From Macrostomum lignano (lineage: Eukaryota): a stretch of DNA of 64,000 nt. Shown piece after piece: positions 42,580-55,074 of the stretch. The stretch is taken from positions 248,001 through 312,000 of the forward strand of contig NIVC01001097.1 in NCBI GenBank assembly GCA_002269645.1. Direction: 5' to 3'. A model generated the notes under the pieces. That model did not search any database, was not told the origin of the DNA, and saw only the letters and a program-made list of their open reading frames with translations. The first letter of the stretch is position 1. Every line of letters starts with the position of its first letter. A program made the translations under genes and the position numbers.

Positions 42580-44850
42580 CTGACTCAGCTGCAGGGGGCA
42601 CCGTGCGTCCGGAAACAGCGAGGAGGCGTTACCGCCCATTTCGCTAACCCCTGGCGACCACGGGCAGCTGGTGCTGCGGTGTCGCGCAGGGAGTTCCGGT
42701 GGCGCCGGTGTCCGCAGCGCAGTCCCCCTCCGGAGAGTCCAGGAGGTGGATTGTCGCTCGCCCGGTAGCCCTTAGGTAGCGGACGAGCTGGCAGAGATTC
42801 TCGGGCCTGAAAACGTCGGAGAGGTCCGGGTTTGGGCCGAGGTAGGTGAGCCTGTCCTGAGTATAGGCGGGGCATTCACAGATAAAGTGCACCGCATTCT
42901 CGACACCGGAGAGGCAAAATGGGCATTCCTCACTGCGGATTTTCCCCTTGAGGTGACGATGCAAAACAGCCATGACCCGAGAGGGCCGCGATGCAGTGGT
43001 GTAGGTTTAGCTGCAGGATGTCCACTCCGGGGATTCCACGAGTGGTCCGGGCAGCTTCCTGCCAGCTCAAGGCGAGTTGTGCAGGAGAGCTGTCACTTCT
43101 GCCTCGCCGATAGCTCCAGGCTCCAGGTCCATGGGCTCCTCCCATGGTCGAGGGCGGGGCCGCCACCTGGGCGGCATTCTCGCTCTCGGCCCGGTTTTCC
43201 AGGGGGGGGGCGCAGTGGTGACACTGGGCTGGGGTTGCTGCGGTTGTTGGCCTTGGTGGTGTCCAGCAGCTGCTTCGTGCGCTGAGTCAGACCAGAGCGG
43301 ATAGTGTTCCGGGCGGGTTTCCGGCCGTTTCCACGTCCGCCTGTTGCTGCAGCTTTCGCGGCTTTCCCTCTGACAGGGTCCACGTCCTCGGAGGGGTCGT
43401 GACGAATGGGAGCTTTTTTCCTGCGCGTTTCCGCCCGGCAGAGCCCCCGCTTGCCCGCTTACGCTTCTCCGGGGGCGGTGGATGGGTGGCGTCAGACTCA
43501 AAGCTAGAGCTGAATCTGCATCAGCCCGACAGAGATGAGGAACATGTCCGGATAGCGGAGCATCCGGAGAATTAGGCAGAAACCGTCTCCGCCCGGCTTG
43601 GAGATGGTCTCGTGAACTACGACGCCATTGGCCGGCAGCTCCGGGTTGGTAGCCAGTAGCAGGCGACGCAGCTCGTCGGTCTTGGTGATGGAGCTGCGAG
43701 CCGAAATCCAGGCACGGTGCCGGTGTGTCCGGGGTCGCTCGTCCTCCCTGTAGATAAACAGGTTTTCCAGCTCCGTACCCCAGTCGAAGGCTTTAAGCAT
43801 CTCGTCGAGGACCTGCTGCCCAGATCGACTGGCTGTCGGCGGGCTGGATATGGAGGGCTTGGTCCTCGACTTTCGTCTTTTGGGCTTGAATAGCGGTACC
43901 GCTCAAGGCCATCTTGACCAGGTGGGAGTCCAACCTGCGCCAGATAAGGTCGAGCTGTTCGGCCGTAAGAGCTGGCGTTTCCTGGCCTTGGATAATCAGG
44001 GCCGGCTGCCTCTTGGCCATAGCCGCATAGATGCGCTTCGGCTTGGTGGTTTGGCCAGCACCCTCCGCTTTGGATCGCTCCACGGCCGTAGGAGCTTCCA
44101 CACGGGCAGAGGTCACATCACGGGAGCTAGGGGCCACCGCACCCTCCTCGGAGGCGGCCAGAGCTGGGGCAGCTTTCGTACTCCTCAGTTCTTCCGCTTT
44201 GCGCTGGAGAAAGGCTTTGTGGCGAGCGATGCTACGGGCCTTCTTTTTAAAAGTCTAAGGTCCGCTGTCCTGTTGTCCAGCCACTCCGGTATTGTCCTGA
44301 GTGGCGGCAGGGGCTGCCTGAGAGGCACCGGGGGTTCCGGTGTTGCGATTGTCCGGCTGGGCCGCGGTACCAACCTCGGTTGGTGCTCCAGCAGCCTCGG
44401 ACGTGTCGGAAGTAAGTGAATACTCATGAGTCGCTGAAAGGCGAATGGGGACTAGAGGTGAGAAGCCGCTGGGCCGTAACCCAAAAGCCAACAGCCAGGC
44501 CAAGAGATAGCGACCGCGGGGGTGGCTTAAGCCCTTACTGGCCCGACCGCTAGCAACCGAGAAACTCCCCGGCTAATGCCCGGCTTGGAGAAACCAGAGG
44601 CCGAACCAAAGGACCATCAGCGCGGTGCTACACTGGGCCCTTGAGGGGGACAAGAGGCTGTCCGCGGAGCCTGCGGACTACCCTGTTAAGGTCAGAAGGT
44701 GATACCCATTCCTCAGAGCCGTGGCCAGAGGTACCTGATACGCACAGGTTCACTTCCGGGCGGGGCCCGTACCCATGCAAATCGGCCAGCTGGCCACGGA
44801 AGGGTTGCCGTCGCGGGAGCCCAGTCAGTCCAGCAGCCCTAGAGCGAATG
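42580..44850 (-). mobile_element. LOA/R1-like non-LTR retrotransposon: degenerate ORF1, ORF2 almost entirely deleted
   Basis: ORF1 fragments (YREDERPRTHRHRAWIS...LLLATNPELP) resemble DUF4780-type ORF1. The APE N-terminus ILQLNLHHC runs directly into the C-terminal LSGHGCF...CPFC...HFICECPA zinc knuckle. Ends are approximate; clade assignment is tentative. Confidence 0.75.
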
Positions 44851-46108
44851 ATTAATAATGTGTACAAGACTTTAAAGTGGTTTTTCAGACTAGCGTAAGA
44901 TAAAAAACTTGCAAATTTATGTGGAACATGGCTTCGGAAAGCAGACGAGCTACGAAAAAAACTCGTTTTCGCTACCTCCGCATTGATTTGAATTCGCAAT
45001 TTAACCCGGTTAATTAAAAACGCACGTGGGTCAGGCTCCATTAGTCTTTATGTCGATATAGTGATCGTCCTGTTGTCACAAATAGATTTTTAGGTCAGCC
45101 GCTTTCAAACGTGCACTTGTACTTTACTTACTGACTAGGACTAGTAAATACACAAAAATGGCTGGTTGGACTTAACTAGTTTAGACTTAGATGAAGTGTA
45201 ATTAATTGTAATTGATGTTTAGGTAGACTTACCACAGCTTAATGTTAAGCTAAGCTTGCATTTAATATCTTTTATAGAAAAAATTATTAGCTTAAATAGG
45301 CCTACATTGTTACATAAGTCTTGCATTTAGGAACTGTGCTATTTAGTGTTACTGTTAGACAGAAAAGAATTTAAGTGTAGTCATTAACATTGGTGCCAAA
45401 TTAAATTGAATCTCTATTAGCATTTTTAGTAGCCTAGCCTAGGCTAGACAGAGTATACATATTCAGTTTTTTGCTCAGTATAGGCCTATCCCAAGACCCA
45501 AGTCTTTTTTTACTTAGTCTTTTTATTGCTCAGTACAATATAGCGTAGCGTAGGCCTAAAAGGAATTTAGCATTTATCATTATTATAGCATTTCTATAGG
45601 CATTGGGATTAGTCTGGGCATTTAATTGAATATAAATAATATAGGCCTAATTCAGAATGGATATGCATGGACCATATAAGGCTACAAAATTGGTAAGTTT
45701 TTATGACATTGATTACAATAAATATATTATTATATTGCATATAAAATAAAATAGGCTTATTATGCCATGAGATGAAAATGTAACAATTTAAATAAATGAG
45801 ACAAATAGTAGTGGTTCTTGATTATTATTATTAAAAATAAGATAATAATGGGTCAAATATCTGCAACCATTTGATTGCAGGTGCTTTATATTAACAGCTT
45901 TTTGATAGAATATTCCAGAAGGCAGAATGTTCTAGAAAGAATAATGCAGGAATTTGAGTTACTATAGCTATTTAGTATATTTAGATTGGTTGTAGAAATT
46001 TCTAAAATAAAATGTTTATTGCATGGTCAGAAAGTTTGTAAAGGTTTAGTATAAGATCACTACAATAGAAATAGATCATTCTTTATTATCTTGACATTAG
46101 GTATATAT

Positions 46109-46494
46109 TAGAGGTCGGACGGGATTGAAATCTTTGGGTGGGATTGGGATTGGAAATAATTTTTTTCTCAGGATCGGGAATTGGATCAGGTCTTTTAGTG
46201 TATTGTCCATGTAAAGTTAAACAAAATTGAGAAAAGATTGTTAAGATCAAAAAGTAAAACACAATAAAATTGTTATTAAGTTTTTTAACCAACAAAGTAA
46301 ATAATGTAATGAGTATAAGTTAAAGTAAAATACCTTCAACCTTCAAGTAATCACTAATTCTATAAATTATTAATCAAAAGACCTGTTCCCAAATATCGAG
46401 TTTTTTATGGTCAGGATTCTGGTCCCGCAGGAATTCAATTTTCCTTGGGATCCCGAGAGTTCAGGATTGGGATCGGGATCCTGTCCGACCTCTA
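46109..46494. mobile_element. hAT-type MITE, 386 bp
   Basis: TIR TAGAGGTCGGAC(G/A)GGA (15/16 match); 8-bp TSD GTATATAT at 46101-46108 and 46495-46502. Confidence 0.92.
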
Positions 46495-47019
46495 GTATAT
46501 ATAGGTCATAAACATTATTTATAAAGGAATCAAAATTGTATGTATATTACAGTCTCACATTATATATTTAATCTTTATTCACTTTAGTAACCCTTTGAAA
46601 CTTTCTCTTTCTGTCTCTTTCTTTCTTTTTCTAACTTCCTTTCTTTCTTTCATTCTTGTTCTTTTCCTAATATAGATTAATCTACCTTAACTAAAATGAG
46701 TTGTTCCATTTTTAGTATATTGGATTGATACTAGGCCTATGCTTAGGAATAAATTTATACAATCTAGCTCATATTGCCTTTGTTAAAAATTGAATAAAAG
46801 CATTTTTTGCAATTTTGTTATAAAGTTAGAGCATAATAATATAGAATAAGCTAATATAAACAATGTAAAATAAAACTTCCAAAATTCATTATACAATCAT
46901 TATCAATCAATAAAAACATTTAAAGTAAGACAAAACTAAACTCTGTCTTTAAAGGTCTAGCTTTTAGTGTTTTTGTCCTTGCATTCCATTCCCTAATCCC
47001 CACAGTGGAATGATGTAAT

Positions 47020-47607
47020 GTACACATTCCACTCCATAATTCCCACAGTGAAATGATATTAGCTGCATATTCCACTCTCTAATCCTCAAAGTAGAATGTC
47101 ATTAGCTACACATTCCAATCCCTAATCCCACCACGGAATGACATCAACTGCACATTCCACTCCCTAATCCCACAGTGGACTGACATCAACTGCACATTCC
47201 ACTCCCTAATCCCACAGTGGACTGACATCAACTGCACATTCCACTCCCTAATCCCACAGTGGACTGACATCATCTGCACATTCCACTCCCTAGTCCCACA
47301 GTGGAATGACATCAGCTACACATTCCAATCCCTAATCCTACAGTGGAATGACATCAACTGCACATTCCACTCCCTAATGCCACAGTGGAATGACATCAAC
47401 TGCACATTCCACTCCCTAATCCCACTGTGGAATGACATCAGCTACACATTCCAATCCCTAATGCCACAGTGGAATGACATCAACTGCACATTCCACTCCC
47501 TAATGCCACAGTGGAATGATATCAACTGCACATTCCACTCCCTAATGCCACAGTGGAATGATATCAACTGCACATTCCACTCCCTAATCCCACAGTGGAA
47601 TGACATC
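47020..47607. repeat. 42-bp minisatellite, ~13 copies, each containing branch point, acceptor and exon start
   Basis: CACATTCCACTCCCTAATCCCACAG/TGGAATGACATCAACTG. Confidence 0.95.
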
Positions 47608-50600
47608 ATCCGCACATTCCGCACCTCGATGCCAGTCGGGCGGCACCGCAAAGGAGTCCGCGTGTTCGACAACTGCTTCCAGGGTTCAGACGCGGTGGAC
47701 TGGCTGCAGCTGCACCTCAGCAAAAATCCCAGTTTCGGCAGCAACGTCGGCCGCCATCAGGTGGTGCAGCTGCTCGGCAAGTTTCACAAGAGCGGCGTCT
47801 TTCACGATGTTCGCGGCGGCGGCGGCAACAGCAAGTATGACACCGAGCCCTTCGAGGACAGCTCCAGCCGGCTGTACAAGTTTAGCCTGGTGGAAACCAC
47901 CCTGTCTCCGCTGAGCGCGCGGCAGCCCATCACAGCTATGGGTCTGTTGGTGGATGGGTGCTGTCTGCTGTACAGCCGTGGGTCTGTTGGTGGATGGGTG
48001 CTGTCTGCTGTACAGCCGTGGGTCTGTTGGTGGATGGGTGCTGTCTGCTGTACAGCCGTGGGTCTGTTGCTGGATGGGTGCTGTCTGCTGTACAGCTGTG
48101 GGTCTGTTGCTGGATGGGTGCTGTCTGCTGTACAGCTGTGGGTCTGTTACGTAAACGATTTCCTGGAATACAAGCCCCCTCCATGACCCAGACCGGTCTG
48201 TCGGCCGCCGCAGCCTCCGTGCCGGGCCTTCCTGGTCCGTCAGGAAGGCGACCAGCCTCTCGGCTTCATCATCAGCTTCGGGCGGAGCCGCCTGCGCCAC
48301 CCCTGTGAGGCGGCCACCAGAGCCGCGTGAACCGCAGCAGCAGCTGCCACAGGCGCAGCCGGGCTCGGGGGGCGCAGCCGGCCAGGAGGAGGAGGACCTG
48401 GCCTACATCTGGCTGGACTCGGCCCTCACCCGCATGCGCGAGCTGCTGGAGCTTTGCTCAATTGACGCCTTGACCGACGCTCGGCAGCTGCGGGCCGACT
48501 TTGTTCGGGACAACCTGACTTCGGCTGGACAGGCCGGGGACCCGGCCGACTCGCTGCCGGCCTGGGTGAGCAACGCCGTCCGGTGCCTGGCCCGCTGGCC
48601 GGACACTGGCATGCCCAGCCTGCCGAGCTACGAGGGCTTCGAGCTGGAGATATTCGCCGAACTGTGCGAGTTCTTCGAGGGTGAGGGGGGAGCCGCTGTG
48701 CTGGGCCGGTGCTCACTTAGTAGTCAGTTGCCTAGTAGTAGGTTATAGTAATCACCCAGTGCGCTCTGAGTGATAAGCTCAGCCGGCTCACCCAATCTGC
48801 GAATCCTCCGGCTTCACAGGCCGCGACGCGGAGCCGCTGGTGCCGCCGGACCTGCGCGACCTGTTCATCAACGTGCTGGCTCTGGCGGACAACCTGGCCA
48901 GCGAGCGGGCCGCGCACGACGCCGCCGCGCGTCGGAGACATCGGCGGCGCTTTCGCCGACACCCGATCGGCGCCCCGGCCATGACCAGCAGCTGCGCCGA
49001 GATCATGCGCCAGCTGACCGCGCCAGGCGCCTCCGCCACAGACGATGCCGACTGCAGCGACGCGAATTGGTCGCTGATGAATCAGCCGCGCTGCCGGCTG
49101 GCCAGAGTCTGCCACAGCGACTGCGAGTTCGACGCTGAGGACGACGGGGAGGACGCCGACGACTTCGCCGCCTGCCGCCGCCGCCGCCGCCACTGGCCCA
49201 GACGCTCTCCGCTCCGTCGAAGCGCCACCTCCGAGGCTGACGGTCTCGGCCGCGAACAGGAGTTGCTGCAGTCCGTCCAAGACCCCGGCAATGCGGCCGA
49301 TGGCGGTGTTCACCCGCTGGACGGCGACAGCCTGCTGGCCTCGGGCCTGCAGCTGGCTGCGCTGTTTTTGCCCCCCAGCCGGCGGCGCCGCCTTCACCAA
49401 CTGCTGCGGGCCATGCACAAACTGGGAGCCAACCCGCGCCTGCGGCTCGACCCCGTGCTGCCTACGGCTCACGTGGTTCGTTTAAGTCCTAGTGGGTTGG
49501 AGGAGCAGGCAGAATCCCACCCTGCCATCTCCCCCGAATCCCACCCTGCCATCTCCCCCGAATCCCACCCTGCCATCTCCCCCGAATCCCACCCTGCCAT
49601 CTCCCCCGAATCCCATCCTGCCATCCCCCCAAATCCCATCCTGCCATCCCCCGAATCATCCCATCCTGCCATCTCCCCCGAATCCCACCCTGCCATCTCC
49701 CCCGAATCCCACCCTGCCATCTCCCCCGAATCCCACCCTGCCATCTCCCCCGAATCCCACCCTGCCATCTCCCCCGAATCCCATCCTGCCATCCCCCAAA
49801 TCCCATCCTGCCATCCCCCGAATCATCCCATCCTGCCATCTCCCCCGAATCCCACCCTGCCATCTCCCCCGAATCCCATCCTGCCATCCCCCGAATCCCA
49901 TCCTGCTATCTCCCCCAAATCCCATCCTGCCATCTCCCCCAAATCCCATCCTGCAATGTCCCCCGAACCCCACCTTGCAATGTCCCCCGAATCCCACCCT
50001 GCAATGTCCCCCGAACCCCACCTTGCAATGTCCCCCAAATCCCATCCTGCAACGTCCCCCGAACCCCACCTTGCAATGTCCCCTAATTGCTACTATCCTC
50101 CAGGTGCTGCACTCTCTGGCGTCCTGCGTCCTACGTAGGAAGCCGGAAGTTCGAGAGCCGAGGCATCCGCAATCCGAGCAGCCGGACGTGTTCGCTCTTC
50201 AGCTGGTGTCGTTTATGACTGATCACTACTCCATGATCTTCCGGCCGCCTGCGGATTTGCGCGAATGCATCGAGGCCAGGCTGGCTGCCGTGCGAGAGCT
50301 GCAGCTGGTAAGCGCGTTTTGATGTATATGAGTATGACCACTGCTGCTAGCTATGACCACTGCTGCTAGCTATGACCACTGCTGCTAGCTATGACCACTG
50401 CTGCTAGCTATGACCACTGCTGCTAGCTATGACCACTGCTGCTAGCTATGACCACTGCTGCTAGCTATGACCTAATAACTTTTCAGTCTCGCCAGAGCAG
50501 CGCCGCAACAGCAGCCACCGCCAAAACAGCCGCGCCGTCCCAGTCGGAGCTGACGCAGAAGCAGCAATTCTGCAGCCGCATCCCGGCCGAGCAGTTCTCC

Positions 50601-50852
50601 CTGTCCGGCCGGCTGGCCTCCGACCAGGCGCTGCTCAACCTGCTGGAGGGCCTCCTGTCCGATGAGAACCTGCCGGCCAGGGAGAAGCGCCGCAAGCTGC
50701 GCCTGTTCAAGGAGTCGCACCCGCACGTGTACGCGGCCCGCTTCCCGGATGCCGAGGTCGAGCGGTCGGTGCTGGACAGCCTGCGGGGACCGCCGGCCGC
50801 GCCGGGCCTGCTGGGCCGCACCATTGCCGCTCTGCGGAACTGGCGGCTGTGA
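47596..50852 (+). CDS. DEPDC1: DEP domain-containing protein 1/1B (DEP + RhoGAP-like); exons ~47596-47941, 48192-48680, 48820-49472, 50104-50307, 50487-50852; first exon uncertain
   Basis: WNDIIRTFR...NCFQGSDAVDWL (DEP); LPAWVSNAVRCLARWP...YEGFE; EPLVP; LFLPPSRRRRLHQLLRAM; LVSFMTDHY; FCSRI...EKRRKLRLFKESHPHVYAARFP. Splice phases are consistent; the junctions at 47941/48192 and 49472 are less certain. Confidence 0.88.
47930..48150. repeat. 40-bp repeat, ~5 copies, starting at a DEPDC1 donor
   Basis: GGGTCTGTTGGTGGATGGGTGCTGTCTGCTGTACAGCCGT. Confidence 0.92.
49510..50082. repeat. 24-bp minisatellite, ~24 copies, intronic
   Basis: GAATCCCACCCTGCCATCTCCCCC. Confidence 0.95.
50333..50471. repeat. 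19-bp repeat, ~7 copies, intronic
   Basis: TATGACCACTGCTGCTAGC. Confidence 0.95.
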
Positions 50853-51019
50853 CGGGTGGCGCTGGGGAACTGGTTGCTATGGCTAAGAGGAGTTGCTAAG
50901 CTCCTCTTGGTGCGCCTTCCTGGGCGGTCTTGAATTTTTTATTAAGAATCGAACTGATCCTATTAGTCTGATCTCTACCAGGTAATCGCCTGAAATCCCA
51001 ATCCACTCTGAGCAGTTTT

Positions 51020-51540
51020 ATGGGATTATAATCCCCTCCAGATCGCCTCCTGGGATTCTAATCCCCTCTAGATCACCACCTGGGATTCTAAACCCCTCTA
51101 GATCGCCACCTGGGATTCTAATCCCCTCTAGATTGCCAGCTGGGATTCTAATCCCCTCTAGATCGCCACCTGGGATTCTAATCCCCGCTAGATCACCACC
51201 TGGGATTCTAAACCCCTCTAGATTGCCAGCTGGGATTTTAATCCCCTCTAGATCGCCACCTGGGATTCTAAACTCCTTTAGATCGCCAGCTGGGATTCTA
51301 ATCCCCTCTAGATCGCCACCTGGGATTCTAAACTCCTTTAGATCGCCAGCTGGGATTCTAATCCACTCTAGATCACCACCTGGGATTCTAATCCCCTCTA
51401 GATCACCACCTGGGATTCTAATCCCCTCTAGATCGCCAGCTGGGATTCTAATCCCCTCTAGATTGCCAGCTGGGATTCTAATCCCCTCTAGATCGCCACC
51501 TGGGATTCTAAACTCCTTTAGATCGCCACCTGGGATTTTA
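51020..51540. repeat. 30-bp minisatellite, ~17 copies
   Basis: GGGATTCTAATCCCCTCTAGATCGCCACCT. Confidence 0.95.
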
Positions 51541-52381
51541 TATTCATCTGTAATTTTAATCCCTCTAGACTAACCACCTGTAGTATGACTGGCATGAAAC
51601 TCCTGTGACAATCTGCTCTCGGTCGCAGCTCCCCTACTTGTCAAAGTCCGCATGCCCCATTCACCGGTGCAGCTGCACTTGTATTCAACTTGTAATCACT
51701 GCAAAGCTTCGCACCTTGTCAACACTGTTTTTTATTTGTTGCACGCACCTTTGAGTGGCCAAGCACTGACTGCCGAGCATTTCAAGTCAAATTTTATTTA
51801 TTTAAACCTTTCGGACATTGCATTCGCCTGCCAATTTGTCTTCTTTTAGCCTGTCAAGCAATGTTCCTTTGTTTCACTTGCAGTTGAAGTTTTTAGCTCA
51901 ATTATTCTCCGAGCAAGTATTTTTGTATAAAGCCTGCAGCTGTTCAGCCACTTCGTCTTCTGTTTTGTTAAACTGAAATTACCTGTTTTTCTAACTGTAA
52001 TATACGTTACCTGTCATTATAATCCCGCATTACCGCTTAGCGTATTTCTACTGCTCTCTGTTGCCATGGAAACCATTGGAATCGTTGCTGGCCTCGATAA
52101 TTTTGTTTTTTCAAGTTCGCTTTGTTAGGGAAACACAGTGTGTTACTGTTAGTAGCCACATATAGTAAGCTTGTTATAAACAATATTGCAGATCTCCACT
52201 TGAGCTGCATTGTGTGGCAATTGAATTTGTATGCTCTGGGAAGGCCGCCTGGAGAGTCACGTGACATCCAGCTGTCATAAAAAGACCCAACGAATGCATG
52301 GCTCTGAGAGCTCAGTCCAACATTCTCAGCAGTTCCGCAGCCGCGGGCTTCTTGAGACAGTCCAGAGTCGAACCGGCCTAC

Positions 52382-52828
52382 TCAAAAATTGGATGCAGAA
52401 AATCCATGAGGCAGCAGCATGGATGCAGCTGGGGGAGCGGAGGCTGTTGCAGTAATAGCCGAACTAATAATAATCGATGCGCCATCGCCAACTGCGGGCG
52501 GCCCGGCGGTATCGAGCGATCGGCCTGCAGTCGGCGGCTCTCGACGGGTGAACGCAGAAGCTGCCAGTCGGGCGGGCGGAGGAGGGGCCGCTTGCTGCTT
52601 TAACGAGGTCGCTGCGGGTCCGCTGTGTTGCCTGTCAACAAGCCGCAGCTCTTGAGAGGCTTGCTGGGGAAGGAGGCTGCTCAGAGTAATTGGTTTGCAT
52701 TGAATTCTGCTCAACTGCTGTGCATGAAGCAGTTGCAGCCCCGGTGAGCTTTTCTTGTGACAGCTGATCGGCTCACTGCAGCAGTGCTCAGCCGCCTGGC
52801 CACCTGCTCCGGCTGCCTCGGCTTCGTC
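52382..52828 (-). other. Candidate terminal coding exon of an unidentified gene
   Basis: TGGTCTCAG acceptor followed by 148 open codons (DEAEAAGAGG...SAPPAASMLLPHGFSASNF*), bordered by a minisatellite as other exons here are. No homology recognised; upstream exons not established. Confidence 0.35.
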
Positions 52829-52894
52829 CTGAGACCAATTAATTCATGCAACTACGCGTCTGCTGGCGAATAACTGCCTGCTTGAGCTCGAGTA

Positions 52895-53602
52895 ACTTGG
52901 GAATCTGGCTGAGCACTCACTGAGCGTTGGGAATCTGGCTGAGCTCTCACTGAGCATTGGGAATATGGCTGAGCACTCACTGAGCGTTGGGAATCTGGCT
53001 GAGCTCTCACTGAGCATTGGGAATATGGCTGAGCACTCACTGAGCGTTGGGAATCTGGCTGAGCTCTCACTGAGCATTGGGAATATGGCTGAGCACTCAC
53101 TGAGCGTTGGGAATCTGGCCGAGCTCTCACTGAGCGTTGGGAATCTGGCTGAGCACTCACTGAGCATTGGGAATCTGGCTGAGCATTGAGAATCTGGCTG
53201 AGCACTCACTGAGCATTGGGAATCTGGCTGAGCTCTCACTGAGTGAGCATTGGGAATCTGGCTGAGCACTCACTGAGCATTGAAATCTGGCTGAGCACTC
53301 GCTGAGCATTGGGAATCTGGCTGAGCACTCACTGAGCGTTGGGAATCTGGCTGAGCTCTCACTGAGTGAGCATTGGGAATATGGCTGAGCACTCACTGAG
53401 CATTGGGAATCTGGCTGAGCACTCACTGAGCATTGGGAATCTGGCTGAGAACTCACTGAGCATTGGGAATCTGGCTGAGCACTCACTGAGCATTGGGAAT
53501 CTGGCTGAGAACTCACTGAGCATTGGAAATCTGGCTGAGCACTCACTGAGCATTGGGAATCTGGCTGAGCACTCACTGAGCATTGGGAATCTGGCTGAGC
53601 AC
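52895..53602. repeat. 30-bp minisatellite, ~23 copies
   Basis: GGGAATCTGGCTGAGCACTCACTGAGCATT; the minus strand carries CA/GTGAGT in each unit. Confidence 0.95.
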
Positions 53603-54084
53603 TCCTACACTTTAATGCCAGACTGAAAGCTTTGTCTGGTTGACTTCCTGCTGTGGATAATTTCCTGTTCTCCCGAAGATGAAGCTGATTTGGCTGATCG
53701 GCTCAAGCGGCTTTTGACGCGGCTTCAGCTTCGAATCCTGCACTGAGAAAAGTCCTCACGGAGCAGAGCTTGAGCAGTCGCGCGGCCAATCCCGGACGCT
53801 CCTGAGCACCCCTTAGCCAACCGCCGACTTGGCAGCTCGGGGCATAAAACCGGGGCTCAAGCCGAGTTCCACAGCCGCCTGAGCTCTGTTCGACCCTCTG
53901 CTGCTTTTTTGTTTCGTTCCGTTCTCAACAGGTAAGTTTGAGGCGCTCATCTCGGGAAATCCTCGCTCATCTTCTCATCCGCCTCCGCGCAATCCCTTCT
54001 TTTTCCCTAAGTCCTAATTCCCACGATTCGGGAGAATTATCCCTGCAGCCAGCGGCTGCTCAATTTACTCCCGCGGGAGATTGT

Positions 54085-54205
54085 CCGAGTTCACGACCGT
54101 CCGAGTTCACGACTGTCCGAGTTCATACTGTCCGAGTTCACGACTGTCCGAGTTCATACTGTCCGAGTTCATACTGTCCGAGTTCACGACTGTCCGAGTT
54201 CATAC
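54085..54205. repeat. ~15-bp repeat, ~8 copies
   Basis: CTGTCCGAGTTCA(CGA/TA). Confidence 0.85.
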
Positions 54206-55074
54206 TGTCCCCCCCCTTTTAGCGCCCGCCCCCGAATCTGCGCCTAGCGGACAATTTCACATCAGATAAGTAGGCACCCCTGACTAACCAGATGAAGCCG
54301 CATCGGAGTCTGAGTTTGCACTGCCCGGAACCCCATCATCCATCCATCCGGAAGACGCATGGCGCAGGAATGCAAAATTGCTGGCCGTTAAACAAGATTT
54401 TTTAGTTTGCTTTTGCAATAGCTGCTCAGATTGAGGCTGTTGCTGCTCGGAACAGGAGATCTGGGGTGGACGGGAAGCCTCCCAGATTGCCCAGATTACC
54501 CCCCCCCCCCCCGAACAAGCAGGAGGAAGCGGCGGCGCTCGTATATTTGATATCCGGCTGTGCATGCAGTCCGTGGCGGGGCGGCCATTACTGCAGCGAC
54601 ATCCGTGTGCCGCCCCGGCCCGGCTTAGCCATGCGGGCCCGCGAGGCCGCAGCGGCGAGAGTGGCCGCCCTGGGGACCGGCGAATTCCCCGCCCGGCAAT
54701 GCCCGGCCAGTTTCTTTAACATGCGAGCAGCTCGTTTTGCCGTTTCTGTTTTGCTCCGGGGGGGAATTTATCGATAGTGCAAATCTGCTGCTGCTGCTTG
54801 TTGCCATGCGGCCCTCGCTGACTCAGCAGCCCGGCTCTTATCAGCCATGGCGATCATTGAATCCGGTTCACCGCGTCCATGGGAAAATTATCCACCCCCT
54901 CCCGCTGATTTACTGCCAAGGCCAGCTCTGACACGTGTGAGCAACTCATGTGCGAGACTTCCGGTGGAATGCTTGAGCAGCTAAACTCGAAGGCTCGCTG
55001 AAGAAATAGGATTGGGAACGGCCTAAACTGAATCCCCACCTTCTGGCATATTTACTCCCGGCCTGTCCTGACCA

